Source: Hemiscyllium ocellatum
Taxonomy: Eukaryota
Direction of reading: 5' to 3'
Assembly: GCF_020745735.1 (NCBI RefSeq)
Contig: NC_083430.1
Location: 12,018,909-12,082,908, forward strand
Length of the DNA: 64,000 nt
In this document: piece after piece, positions 23,881 through 36,697 of the stretch
How positions within the stretch are numbered: the stretch's first letter is position 1
How the letters are laid out: the number at the start of each line of letters is the position of its first letter
Translations under genes and position numbers: made by a program
Notes under the pieces: model-generated
Database searches by the model: none
Seen by the model: the letters and a program-made list of their open reading frames with translations, nothing else
What the model was told of the DNA's origin: nothing

Positions 23881-24729
23881 AGAGACATAAAATTGCACTA
23901 ATTGCACAAAACAAAAGTGGCAGAGCAAACAGAACTAAAGGTTAATGTTGTCCTGGAGGAATCTTGTTCATTTTGATATGATGTGTAGCTTCATGCTGGA
24001 AGAAACTTTTAAGCTGTAATTGCTCATCTGCAGCTTCTCATGTCAGAGATGATTACATAAAAAAACCCACACTTTGCCAAACATCTGATTCCATTATGAG
24101 CTTTGCAGGTGAACTCAGGTGGCTCAGCTGAATTTCAATTTGGAAGTGTTGTGTTCTCCCCTCTCTGTGCTTGGCTCTTTGTTTGATAAGAACAATCAGT
24201 GTAGAATTTGAATGTAATTGCTATTTATCAAAAACACATGTAGGCAAGAAAGCTAATTATTTGCACAATATGTTGACAAGATTCATCGCTGAATTCAAAA
24301 TGCATTCTGAAGTCTTTGAAACACATTCATTTCCCTCAAAGGATTGAAAGAAAGACTTCAGTAATTTGAAATGAACAAATCACCATGGTTCTAAGGCAAA
24401 CACAAAGTTCTGCCACTGTGTACAGACTACCATGTTATGTTGCTAATATTAACAAATGTCAATGCATGTGCAGAAAGTGAGTGTAAAGTTCTTTTCTTCA
24501 GTAATACTATCCAAACCTGTGATCTTCATCATCTGGAAAGACAAGTGTAGTCATTGCAGAAAAGCATAAGTATTTTCAAGTTAGTTGCACACTGTTTTCA
24601 CTTTGACATGTATTATTGATTCTTCATTATCGCTGGATGAATACCTGACTATCCCAGAGCGTCTCTCCTAGCCTGTGTGGGCACCTTCACTTCATGAACT
24701 GCTTGTGCACACAGTGCCTCTAGACAAGG

Positions 24730-25355
24730 GCTTTTCAGAGGTACAGAGCTGAGGGAAAGGTGGTAATGAATTCTAGTTTTGCTAGAGGGCTCATTGGCAA
24801 AACTAAAGCACATGGGATTAACTAGTCAATGACAGTATGGATTCCAAATTGGCCATGGCGCTGTAAGCAGAGATTTGTGGTGCGTTTTTCAGACTTGGAT
24901 GGGGGGAGTGAGGAACACAATGGTGTTACATAGGGATTAATCTGAGAATCATTGCTGTTTTTGATCTGCATTAATCCTGAACTTGGGTGTCTTAATCATA
25001 ATTTCAAAGTTTTCTATTGAAACAATACTCAGAAGTGTATCAAAGAATCTGAAGAATAGTAACAAGCTTACAGAAGGCATATGAAGACAGGTAAAATGTT
25101 TGAAAACTTGCCACCTTGTCACCTTTTAAGATTTGGATCAAATAAGACAGTATTTATTGCATGTTTTAGAATAATATGCACCATTTTGATTGTGTGGAGC
25201 TGCATGTTCCAAATGAAACAATGCAGTGATTGTGTGGAGCCCTCTTTCTCACATCACTGAAATCAGGATGGTATAGGTTTGGTGTAAAGGGACACATCAT
25301 GTCACCTTCCTCTAAAATGGTTTTGACTCAACGTTGGAAGACTGTGCCTGAGATG
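24730..25355 (+). mobile_element. Very old CR1 RT fragment
   Basis: AAAACTAAAGCACATGGGATT and ATAATTTCAAAGTTT resemble the KLKAHGI and ISKF motifs. Confidence 0.5.
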
Positions 25356-25764
25356 GTTGTTATGGATCATCACAAAATATATTAAGAAGGTAGCCTAGAC
25401 CCTAACCTTTTCTTATTTTAAAGGTAAATGTAAGGTGTTGTGTTCCTGATGCAACTCAATTCGTCAAACTACTTGCTCTTAAGCAAAACACAATGTATTT
25501 ATACATTATAGTTAAAATACAACAACAAAGAAATGAATTGGCTTAGCTGTAACTCTATTGGAATGCTTAACAAAATAATAGGTGCAGTAACTATTACTAA
25601 TTAACTATTCCATTATAGTAACATCCCATAAACACACCCGTGACAAAAGGCAAATTCAGAAAATGGATTGTCTCCCATGCAGTTCTTCAGTCCTGGAGAA
25701 GAGAACATCAAAAGATAATTCTGGGAGAGAGAGGGAACTCCAGGTTTCAGCTGTAGCATCATCA

Positions 25765-25940
25765 ATCCACCTGACGTGCACATCTTTGGACTGTGGATGG
25801 AAACTGGAACACCTGAAGGAAACCAATGCAGACACAGTGAGAATGTGCAAATTCCTCAAACCTGGTCACCTGAGGCAGAAATCTAACCCACATACTTGGC
25901 GCTGTGAGGCAGCAGTGCTAACCACTGAGCTCTGGGCCGC
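25765..25940 (-). mobile_element. HE1 SINE 5' half
   Basis: TGCACATCTTTGGACTGTGG...GGCGCTGTGAGGCAGCAGTGCTAACCACTGAGC. Confidence 0.78.
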
Positions 25941-26451
25941 CTTTAATCAGAGAGTAAACAGATAGATGAAGTTCTCTGAATAAATTTGAAATCCTGAGAG
26001 GGCAAGTGAAAAAAAATTAAAATGGTTCAGATTGCTCGGCTTGGAAAGTAAAATGTAAGAGAAGTATTTACAGCTCTGTGGGCCAACAGTCTCTCGCACA
26101 CAAAAGGTGATGTGTTATTTACTCCTGTATTGCATTAATCAATTTGATTCATGTAATTGTTCTATTTTTCATATTAATGAATGCAAGCTCATGCTGGTGG
26201 AGTTCTGGGTGCTGACCTGTCTCATAGAAACACAGAAAATAGGAGCAGGAGGTGGCCATTCGGCCTGTCAAGCCTGCTCTGCCATTCATTTTGATCATCC
26301 AACTCAACTGCCGATGAAATGCACCATTGAAGATGACATTTGTACCTTGCCCAAAGAATAGCATTTTACATTTGATAACAGGAAGGCAGGTTGGGAAATA
26401 TTGGTCAAGGTACAGATTTGTTAGTCTCTTAAATGGTGCTTGAGTTATAAG

Positions 26452-26741
26452 ATTAGATTACTTACAGTGTGGAAACAGGCCCTTCAGCCCAACAAGTCCA
26501 CACTGACCCGCCGAAGCGCAATCCACCCATACCCCTACATTTACCCCTTACCTAACACTACGGGCAATTTAGCATGGCCAATTCACCTGACCCGCACATC
26601 TTTGTGACCGTGGGAGGAAACCCACGCAGACACGGGGAGAACGTGCAAACTCCACACAGTCAGTCGCCTGAGTTGGGAATTGAACCCGGGTCTCAGGCGC
26701 TGTGAGGCAGCAGTGCTAACCACTGTGCCACCGTGCCACCC
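26452..26741 (-). mobile_element. HE1 SINE, full length
   Basis: Intact head and (TAATC)n tail; ATAAG duplicated at 26447-26451 and 26742-26746. Confidence 0.92.
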
Positions 26742-26869
26742 ATAAGGGGACTGCAATCCCACTGTTTCTGTGACCATAAGAATACCTCTTTCATTCCAGT
26801 GCAAATTGATAAAGATATTGGAGAAAGCACTGGTAAAGGTTAAGCTGCATGAGTTAAACAGCTCCTTTG

Positions 26870-29660
26870 TTCAGGAGTACCCTATAGTATTCAATGCATG
26901 AGGGAAATGCAGCACTGAAAACAGCATCACATTAAAGAAAGAGACCAAACCATGATGTCGTGACACATCCAGGAAGATTCCACCTCTTTTAATGAAACAA
27001 GTTGAAAAACAATTTGAAGAGATGATCTGAATGGACATAATTTTCCTTGTAATGCAACCTGTTAAGTGGTGTTTGGGCGTAATTACTGCATGAAGACTTA
27101 ATGGGTCCACCTGATTTTTTTTGTTGATCAAAAACAGCTCACAAGGCAGTGGCAAGAGAAACCTATTGTCTGTCTATGATTGGAGACAATTCAGCTGTAT
27201 TATCCAAAAGTAGAGTTTTCATAAAACTCAATGCAAATAGGTATTCTGGGAGGTGTCATTGGATAATAATGAGGATTGTTTCTCTCATTTATAATTCCAA
27301 TTTTGGAGGTTTCACTGATACAAACTTCCCCTTGAGATCACCTTGGTCCTGGATATTATTCAACAAACTGTGTTCAATATTCTGCAAGTTCTTCAAGGTA
27401 TCATATGTTACATAGATGTAAAGGCAGAGGAGCATGATCAGAGGGTATATGTGGTTTTAAAGCACCTATAGGCTGAAGCAACAAAGATGCAATGGGTTCA
27501 CTTCCTGAAACATGTTGTCAATAGTAAGGGAAATTGGCAGATCCACAGAAAACTAAGGCCATTAAGCAGTTCCCTACTGTGACATGAGTTCATGATCTGC
27601 AAAGCTTTAAAACAATGGTAAAACAACTAGTAAAACTTTGCCTTATTTGGCAATGGCAACAGAATCCTTGAGACAACTCCTCAAGAAGATGCAGAGGTGA
27701 TGTTGGATTGCATACTGAGAGAGGTGAAGAGACTTTGATTTGTTCCTTTGATCATGTTTCCTACTGCAATCTTCTTTGACATCATCCAGTATTGACCATA
27801 CATTTCATCCCATCCTGTCACATCTTGATGTCATGACCCCATATTGCTACCCTGTTCTGTTGCCTTGATGTTTCTTATCAACATTCTGAAGCTTCACCCT
27901 TTTCCTTCAGTTGTTTAAAGACATGCTGACATCCACAGATCCCTAGTCAACTACTATTCATTCTTTTCAGCCACTATAGCTTCTGATACTTCAGTTTCAG
28001 GGCTTAGGTGCATTGCTTTTTCAGAAGCAATTAAACATGTGTTAAAAGGATGTGTACTATACATAAGGGCATTGTCATAGAGACGGAGGCTCTCTTGATC
28101 ACATGAGATTGAGAGAGATTTTAACAATACATTCTTGGTCTGACTGTGTTCATAAAGACTGACCATAAACCTATTACATGGGAAGGGGTTAGCAAGGATT
28201 TGTCCTCCAATACAGAGTTGCCAAACTTGCCTTATGAGATTTACCTACAAATGGTAGATGCACAGGGGAAACTGCAGACAAAGGCAGATGCACATTTCAC
28301 AGCAAAGGTCAACAGGTTCTGCCAGATATAATATTGAATTTGTTTATGACACTGAATCACATAGTGCACGGCTGTATCTGGTGACCAGCAAGTCACAATA
28401 GACTCATACAAATATGACAGGTGCAGGAAAGTGACCATTTGTTAATAACGTGTCAAAGAATGACCAGGGGAATGGTCCCGTGGGTTAATATGGAAACCTA
28501 TGTGAACTGTTCATGTTGATGAAAAATTGATTTTTCCAGCTTCACTTCAGGAAAATATCCTAGACAAGATATACAAGGGACACTCAAGTATCCCCAAATG
28601 CAGAGCTAGAGCTAAAATCTCCAAAGGAATTAAAGTTCTCAAAGCCAACTGCGAAAATGGTACTATTCACAAGTCAGAGTAATGGGAGCCCCAATATCCA
28701 TTACTTACCCCAGTACTCCATAGGAATGTATGAGCACTGATCTATTCATTTCTGATGGGAAGTCTTATCTTATTGCTGATGACTATTCATTGGGTTGAAC
28801 AGAGGTGAGAAAGTTATATACCATCACAACAAATTACATAAATATAATTGTCAGGGTCTTGCATACAATAAGGGAGCTGATAGTGCAGTGATAATATCAC
28901 TGAACTAATAATCTGGTCAACCTAGGTTAATAATCTGGGGATGTGGATTCAAATCCCAACAACACACTCAAAAAACAAACAAAATGAATGTACGAAGGAG
29001 CGTTCCTATTGGACATAGCAGTCCATATACAATAATAGGCATCATCATGCAAGATGGTTGACACATTTGGGGTAAGGGCAATGCGTTCGGATATGGGACC
29101 TCAACAGGAAGGGTACAATCATTTGAAGAGTTGTAAATTACCGTAAATTGTTAGTGTTCATACAACTGAAAGGGTTGTACAAAGGAACTGCCAGATCTCA
29201 CCCCAGAGCAGATCAATTGTCCACCACTATAAACCTATGAGGCCTTTCATAAAAACAATTGGTCACAAGCCTCAAAGTATTAGGAAGAAAATGATATTAA
29301 CATTTATCAACTGAGAGACCGACTAATCCTTCAAATCTGAAAAGAATATATTCTGGAAGAATTGTGAAATGTCCAAGATTTCTTACATGGGGAGTAAACT
29401 TGGGGGAGAAATGTTTTACAATGTTGTAAAGCTATGAAAGGGTTAACACAGAGGTGTGTCTTAAGCACATCTATTATGATGATATCTCATAAGCTTTGTG
29501 GGAGAACAGCTCAGAATTTCGAAGGAGTAAGAGTACCATTTGACTCTATACCATGGTCTCTGTAACACTGTCTATCACGAGAATATAAGTTATATTTAGT
29601 TGCTATCGTGCAGCAAATTACATCTTGTTGAGAACAAGCACTTCTCCTACTAGGACTACC
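26870..29660 (+). mobile_element. Decayed Ty3/Gypsy LTR retrotransposon (pol RT-RNaseH-INT, PPT, probable 3' LTR)
   Basis: Hand translation through stops and frameshifts: RKIPPLLMKQVEKQFEEMI*MDII..WCLGV; LSKSRVFIKLNAN; LQGIICYIDV; VHFLKHVV; ADPQKTKAIKQFP; TDHKPI; LIFPASLQENILDKIYKGHSSIPKCRARAK; TDLFISDGKSYLIADDYS; RIYSGRIVKCP. PPT GGGGGAGAAA at 29402-29411, then TGT. Confidence 0.85.
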
Positions 29661-29774
29661 AAGTGGCTTTCCTCTATCACACTCGACCAAGTGGACCCTG
29701 TAATTCACTATCTTGAAATGAGCTCTTACTATATGAGGAGCAATGTTACAGATTGTATATATAATACTTAATGA

Positions 29775-30780
29775 CTTGCCAGTTACAGGAATAGTGCCTT
29801 CCTACCTATTCTGTCTAGGTCCCTTTAATTTTATGCGTTTCAATCAAATTTCCCTCGACCTCATATATTTCAAAGAAAATGATCCTAGCTCTTCAATCTC
29901 TCCATATAATTAAGATTTTCCAATTCTGACAACAGCCATATAAATCTCCTTTGTACCCTCTCTTGTGCAATCATATCCTGTGTTGTAATATGGTGACTGG
30001 AAATGTTTGCTGTACTTTAACTGTGCCCTGAATTTCATTTTATACAGTTGTAGCATAAACATGACTAATAAAAGAAGGCATCCAATGTGCCTCCCAAACC
30101 ATATTATCTGTGCTGCTGCCTTCAATGATCAGAGCTGTTCTCTATACCTCTCAATATTCCAGCATTTATTGAGTATTAATTGCCTCGTGTGCCCTCTGTA
30201 AATGCATTACTTCAGAATTCCCCAGACTGAATCTCGTTTGCCACAATTCTGCCCAATCTATTGCTTTCTCCCTTTATCAACACAACAAATTATTGTGTTA
30301 CCTGCAAACTTCTTAAACTCCTCTATTACATTGAAGTCTCATTCACTGATATATTCCAAAAACAGCATGGGACCTAGTACTGAGGTCTACTTGCAGAACC
30401 CAAATGGGAATAGTCTTCCAGTAACTAAAGCGCCCGTTGGAAATTACCCTTTGCTTCCTAATATAAAGCCAAGTTTTTATCTAACTCATCATCTTCCCTT
30501 CAATCCCAAATGGCATTTGCTTTTCTGACCATTTTGCCACATGAGACCTCATCAAATGCTTCACTAAAATGCATGTAGGGTATATTAAACAGACCTTTCT
30601 CATTGATCCTCCTTGTTAGCTCCTCAAAACACTAAATTAAGTTAGCCAAGGGTTGACTCTGCCATAACAAATCCATGCTGACTGCCCTTCACTAACTTGT
30701 GCCTGTCTAAATAATGCTGTCCTTGTATGGGACTCGGAACCTTCTGCCTAATGTGGGAGTGACTTCAATTGATCTGAACT
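29775..30780 (-). mobile_element. Old CR1 RT fragment
   Basis: Reverse strand contains MLQLYKMKFRAQLKYS and QHGF-like (AAATCCATGCTGACT) relics. Confidence 0.6.
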
Positions 30781-32299
30781 AAGTCTAACCCCCATAAATT
30801 TTGGGCAGACTTATTTTCCAGTGACTTTTGCGTCCATTCAAAATTGTATTGAAAATATCCCACACATATTGCAGAGAAAGGAAACTTTCACTACAGCTGG
30901 ATTCAGGCGCTTTATCAGTTATGAAACCAGAAGATGGAATACTTGTTATTGGTTGGGGGGAGGGTGCTGCTAACCCCAGGTTAATGTTCTTGGAACATGC
31001 ATTTGAATGTCCGATGGTGGATGGTGAAGTTTGAATTCAATAAAGATCTGGAATAAAGGCCTGGTCTAATTGCATCATAAAAGTATTGTTGATTACCTTA
31101 CAAACTATGGTCCTACAGGGAAGGAAATTTGTCATCCTTACGTGGTCAGGCCTCCATGTGACTCTAGACCTGTAGCAACATGCTTGACTCTGAACTGCCC
31201 TCTGGGCAATGAGGGATGGACAATAAATGCTGGTCTAGCCAGTGATGCCCTCATCCCTTGAACAAATCCCCTCACTGAAGCTGTAGCTCTTCACAAGAAT
31301 GGTCTTGCTGGTGTCACTGGAGACTTTTTTAAGCATATGTAATATGATCAGAGTGTGCTGCAAGATGAAGATGCCCAGTGCTCCACCCCCAACAGTGGCA
31401 GTGCCAATGCCAGCTTTTTGGAAGACTGTCACCTTTTTGTTGAGACTGAAGCCTCAGGGACCTGCATGCTTTACTGAAGTAGGATAATCTCCCAATAGGT
31501 GCGCCAACAGCAAGAGCAGTGTCAGGTACTGAGAATGGTCCGCAAGAATGTTTGTATTAAAGGCCAAAGTTTCTGCCCAACTAAACCTGATGGAGCATCA
31601 AATACTTACTTCAAATAATTTTCAACATGAGAAAGAATGAATGAAAGAATGAATGAATAAGTGGGAAATAAATCCCAGCACATTCCAAACTATTTACAGT
31701 CAATGTCATACGATTGATGTGTAGTGCAATGGGAGAGAAATAATCTATTCAGTGGGGATTGATGGCACTCTGATAGATAGTCAAGTGGACCAGGTAGAAT
31801 AGCTTATTGATTTGTTTGCTCTCAAGATATTAAAATAGAAAATAGAAAAATGCAGGTAGGATAGAGCCTGAAGATATTACAGTTGGAGCCTTTTTCTCAG
31901 AGCTCCACTGCTTCACCTTTCACTTACTGTTGGATCTGCTGTGCATTTCAAGCGATTTCTGTTGTTATTTTCCATTTTTTTCATATTTCAAGCCATTTTC
32001 ATTTCCTTTAATGCGTCAGTGAGTTCTTTGATTTGGCATCTTGCAGTAATTCATTTTCCTGACTGACAAGTACTTATACATATAAACAGCATTATCTTTT
32101 ACAATAGGTAACGTTCATATTTTGATTCTATTTTCCATGGCATTCAGAAAGTGTGCAATCAGGTGCCAATGCATCACTGCACACAAGTCAACCAAATGCC
32201 AAATCAACGTAAAATGTTCCAGTTTTAACAAATCTTCACCAATTTCTTCTCAGCTATAACTTGAAAGCCTGGCTTCAGGATTCTTGAACTCAGTACAGA

Positions 32300-32660
32300 A
32301 TCGCTGTGGTGATCTCTCTGTCCAGTGCTGTAGTCTCTTGGTCTGACATGGCGATCTCTCAGCCTGACATGGTAATGTCTCAGCCTGGCATGGTGATCTC
32401 TAAGCCTGACATGGCAATGTCTCTCCACCTTGGAGGCTTCCTGCCTCTGTTCCTGATGAAGGGCTTTTGCCCGAAACGTTGATTTTCCTGCTCCTCAGAT
32501 GCTGCCTGACCTGCTGTGCTTTTCCAGCACCACTCTGATCTAAACTCTGGTTTCCAGCATCTGCAGTCCTCACTTTTGCCTATGGCAATGTCACAGCCTG
32601 GCATGGCATGGTGGTCTTTCAGCCAAGCGTGGCAGTGTCCCGGGCTGTCGTGGCGGCTCT
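32300..32660 (+). repeat. Degenerate 21-bp tandem repeat (CAGCCTG(A/G)CATGG(C/T)(A/G)AT(G/C)TCT)
   Basis: At least 6 recognisable units, interrupted by a pLTR insertion. Confidence 0.8.
32422..32581 (+). mobile_element. PLE pLTR insertion
   Basis: Hammerhead relic CTGATGAAGGGCTTTTGCCCGAAACGTTGA; 11 bp TSD ATGGCAATGTC at 32411-32421 and 32582-32592. Confidence 0.88.
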
Positions 32661-33284
32661 TGGGAGCCTGGCGTTACAATCCTTTGGCCCAATGTGGCAT
32701 CGGTATAGACCTCTGGCCTTAAGGTGATTCTAGATCAGTCTCGCAGTCTGGAGAGCCAGGAGGTGAAGCCTGGCACGGTCTGGAGCTGAAGCATGGTGCA
32801 AACGACTGCTACTCTGACCTGATTTATTTTTCTGACTTATTCTTATGACTTGTAATGCTGGACTTTACTTTCTTTAATTTTTAAATCTGTTTTCCCATGA
32901 AGAATTTGTCCTTAAAAATCTGTACCCAGGTACCTTTGTGTCTAAGATGGCACTGAAATGATAACTTGTGAAATTTTCACTGTATTTATTTGAGTACATG
33001 TGACAATAAAGATAATTCTAATTCGATTTGTGAAAATTCAGATTCAAGCAAACTATTTTTATAATAACATCCAACTCTCCATGGTTTCATCTTTTTGTGT
33101 ATGAGATTACTTGAGTTTGCATATGTATGTACACACGTGTGATTGATGGTACGTTCTCTCTCAATGTACGTAAAGTAATAAATAGCCAACTAAGTTATTC
33201 CACCTTTACATTTTGTTGGTTCTTCTGTGACTGAACTGGAAGGATATCTGATTGATGTTAGGGCTCCTTTATTATTCCTCCTGG

Positions 33285-33400
33285 AATTCTTACGAAGGGT
33301 TTATGCTTGAAACTACGACTTTCCTGCTCCTCAGATGCTGCCTGACCTATTGTGCTTTTTCGACTCTTAATCTCCAGCATCTGCAGTCCTCATTTTCTCC
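33285..33400 (+). mobile_element. Degenerate PLE pLTR
   Basis: GAAGGGTTTATGCTTGAAA...GATGCTGCCTGACC...CAGCATCTGCAGTCCTCATTTTCTCCT. Confidence 0.75.
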
Positions 33401-33674
33401 TGTTGTCTGATGGATATTTATACGCCACAGACTTTCTGTTCTTGTAAGTCAATGATATTTAGCTCTATAAAAATTAATTTAATAATTGAAGGATTGAACT
33501 GCAAGAAAAGACAACTCCCCACTTTGCCGAATTATTTCTATTCCCCTTCTCCAATGCTTCAAGGCTCATTTCTCCAAGTTTTTGTTGTAGTTCGCCCCTT
33601 TACCCAAGGCAAGAAGGTTACCTCAAAGACAGGTTTGCGTCAAATATTTCTGTGCTCTAATTAAAGTCACAGTT

Positions 33675-34110
33675 TTGATTTGATTTAATTTGATTTATTA
33701 TTGTCACACGTACCAAAGTACAGTGAAGGGTTTTGTTTTGTGCGCAATATAGGCTGATCTTAACGTAAAAAGAACATAGAGTGACTGTTCAGAGCGCAGA
33801 ATACAAAGTTATGAATGCAAGGAAGGTTCACAAAAAAACAAGATCAACATTAGATTTGAAATTTGAGAGGTCCATTCAAAAACCTAATAACAGCAGGGAA
33901 GAAGATGGACTTGAACTGTTAGTATGTCTGTTTAAGCTTTTGTATCTTCTGTCTGACTGAAGAGGTTGGGTGAGATTATAACTGGGATGGGAGGAGTCTT
34001 TGATGATGTTGGCTGCCTTTCCAGACTATCACAAAGTGTAGACAGATGGAAGGTTGGTTTGTGTGACAGTCTGGGCTGTGTTTACAACTCTCGACAGTTT
34101 CTTATTGCTT
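33675..34110 (-). mobile_element. Probable Rex1/Babar-type LINE 3' end
   Basis: Minus strand ends CACTGTAC...TACGTGTGACAATAATAAATCAAAT(TAAAT)(CAAAT); upstream resembles a LINE ORF C-terminus. Clade call is tentative. Confidence 0.5.
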
Positions 34111-34184
34111 TCAAGATTGTACAAGGTTTGGAAGATGCTAATTGACTTTTGACAAGTGTTCATGAGAAGGACTTCATTATACAA

Positions 34185-34745
34185 AGCTGAGGCTGTATAA
34201 GGCTCTGGTCAGACTGCTTTTTGAATATTATGAACAGTTCTGGGCCTTGAATTGAAGGAAAAATGTATTGGCATTGGAAAGCGCCGAGAGGAGGTTTGCA
34301 AGAATGTTCCCAAGGCTGAAGGGCTTGTCATATGTACTCTGGGTCTGTACTTGATGGAGTTTAGATGGATCACAGGTGATCTCACTGAAACTTAGAGAAT
34401 ACTGAGAGACCTGAATAGAGTGTGCGTGGAGAAAATGTTTCAACTATGAGAGACATGGAGACAAGGACCCGAGGACACAGTCTCAGAGTGAAGGGACAAC
34501 CCTTTATAAATAAGATAAGGAAGAATTTCTTCAACCAGACAATGGTGAATCTGTGGAACTCGTTGCTGCAGAGGGCTGTGGAGGTCAAGTCATTCAGTGT
34601 ATTTAAGACAGATAGACACATTCTTGATTAGTAAGTGGATCAAGGAAAAAGGCAGAAGAATGGGATTAAGTGAAATATCGGCCAGAATTGAACAGTGGAG
34701 CAGACTTGATGGGCTGAGTGGCCTAATCTGTTCCTCAGTATTACA
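34185..34745 (+). mobile_element. CR1 3' portion
   Basis: TRGHSLRVKGQPF...NFFNQTMVNLWNSL. Confidence 0.85.
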
Positions 34746-35104
34746 GGTATATGGTACATGCAAGTGTGCAATTCTTCAGCAATATGATGTCCAATAAAAG
34801 CTGATTGCACTCTCATCTAACTCACCTGTTGATGTTGGGAGCTTTTTGCATTTATGGCTAGAGATTAACCAAACCTTTCTGCAAATTGTGTTGAATGGCC
34901 TCTCCTGAACCTTCGACAATGTTCACCTCAATACACCATTTGGAACACCACAATCTGATGTTGGGGTGCTAGGAGGCAATTTTCTTACTTAGTCTTTTTT
35001 TTCTTGCAGGATACTCTTTGGTCAGAGAATGATAAGTGTTGCATTGTGCAGCACAGCTTAAATTGTACACAACTATCCTTTAACAGCACTTTCTCGGCTC
35101 CAAT

Positions 35105-35407
35105 TTAGATTAGATTCCTTACAGTGTGGAAACAGGCCCTTCAGGCCAACCAGTTCACACCGACCCTCCGAAGAGTAACCCACCCAGACCCATTTCCTCT
35201 GACTAATGCACCTAACGCTGCGGGCAATTTAGCATGGCCAATTCACCCTAACCTGCACATCTTCTGTGGGAGGAAACCAGAGCACCCGGAGGAAATCCAC
35301 GCAGACACGAGGAGAATATGCAAACTCCACAAAGACAGGCTGGAATCGAACCTGGGACCCTGGTGCTGTGAGACAGCAATGCTAACCACTGAGCCACAGT
35401 GCCGCCC
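35105..35407 (-). mobile_element. HE1 SINE
   Basis: Head, body and tail match the other copies. Confidence 0.88.
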
Positions 35408-36124
35408 TAAGAATTCATCTCTTCATTTCACAGTTTTTGAATCATTTCAGGCAATGTATAAGAGTTAGTTAAATTATTGAGTGAGCAAGAGAACAAATTA
35501 GATCAGGTTCAGTTTGTCTCTTATGCCTTTTCCTCCCTCTATCCTCAGACAGTGGTTTACCTCCAATTGGTACCTCATATCAGAGACGTGACTTATAACT
35601 CACCTACATAAGGGAACCAACCTGCACTCCTATGCAGAAGTTTCCGTTCTGTTTAATTAAAATAACACTCAATTTATGTTGGAAAACTGTGGGTTCATAT
35701 GCAATCTAATCTCGATACTATTGGAGTCCTACAATGTTGGAGATTTTGTATTTAAAAATAATATCCTTGCATAGACTGTGAATGCCACTGGTAAGGCCAA
35801 TCAGTTGTCTATCTCTAACCGCCTTTGAAATGAGTGGTTTGCTGGACCATTTCAGAGGAAAGGTTAAAAATGGCCACATCGCTGAGAGTGTGGAGTCACA
35901 TGTAGACTGGACCATATAAGGATGGCACATTTCCTTCCCTAAAATAATCATATGGGTTTTTCCAATAATTGATGATAGTTTCACAGTCATCATTAGCTCT
36001 GAATTCCAAATGCAATTAAGTGATCTTAAATTCCAGTTGCCTTTGTGCCCGAATTCGATCCTGTCTCCAGGCATTTAGCCTAGACCTCTGGATTCCTACT
36101 AATATTGCCACTATGTCTCCATGT

Positions 36125-36412
36125 CTGAATGAGATGCTATACCAAGTCCCTGTCTGCCTTCTCAGGTAAATGTAAGCGTTTCCATGTAGCTACTTTGCAG
36201 AAAAATGGTGAAGTGGACTCCTCGCCAATATGTATTTCTCACTAAAACAGATTTGGCTATTACCACATCGTGTGAGCTTGCTGTGTGAAGATTGGCTGCT
36301 ACATTCATCCCTCATAACGCAATGCTTTGAAAGTATCTCATTGTCCATGAGGTACTTTGAGACATTCTGAGGATCTAAAAGGCACGATATAAGCATGCAT
36401 GTTTCTTACTTT
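36125..36412 (+). mobile_element. DeuSINE-like (SacSINE1/AmnSINE1-type) relic; fragments also at about 2705-2860 (minus), 46960-47010, 47730-47845 and 61220-61345
   Basis: CCCTGTCTGCCTTCTCAGGT..., GAGCTTGCTGTGTGAAGATTGGCTGC and an L2-type tail ...AAAAGGCACGATATAAGCATGCA. Family name from recognition only. Confidence 0.6.
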
Positions 36413-36484
36413 CAGCATTATGGAATTTTGCACAGTGCTGAAAACTCCTTCAAACTACTTTCAGGTTCCTGCTATTACAACTTT

Positions 36485-36697
36485 GCCAGTGTAACTAGTC
36501 AGTAAGAAGGTAAATGGCCATAGTCCCATAAAGCTGCGCTCTCATTAGAGAGAGACAGCTGGTGGTAGTTTAACCAGAAGATCACCACACCTCAGGTGAG
36601 GGGTGAAGTTGAGAAGGAGAGTCCTTCACGATAACCTCAGCCAGTGCAGGAATTGAACCTCCACAAACTGCTGTTCATCCAACTGAGCTAACTGATT
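36485..36697 (-). mobile_element. Third tRNA-derived SINE family
   Basis: Minus strand begins TAGCTCAGTTGG (A box)...GGTTCAATTCC (B box), followed by a non-tRNA body. Confidence 0.6.

Noticed and set aside
32300-32660. CRISPR-like array, or an Arg/His-rich repeat protein on the minus strand
   Set aside because: Head-to-tail degenerate 21-mers without unique spacers, in vertebrate DNA; the peptide is simply the translated repeat.
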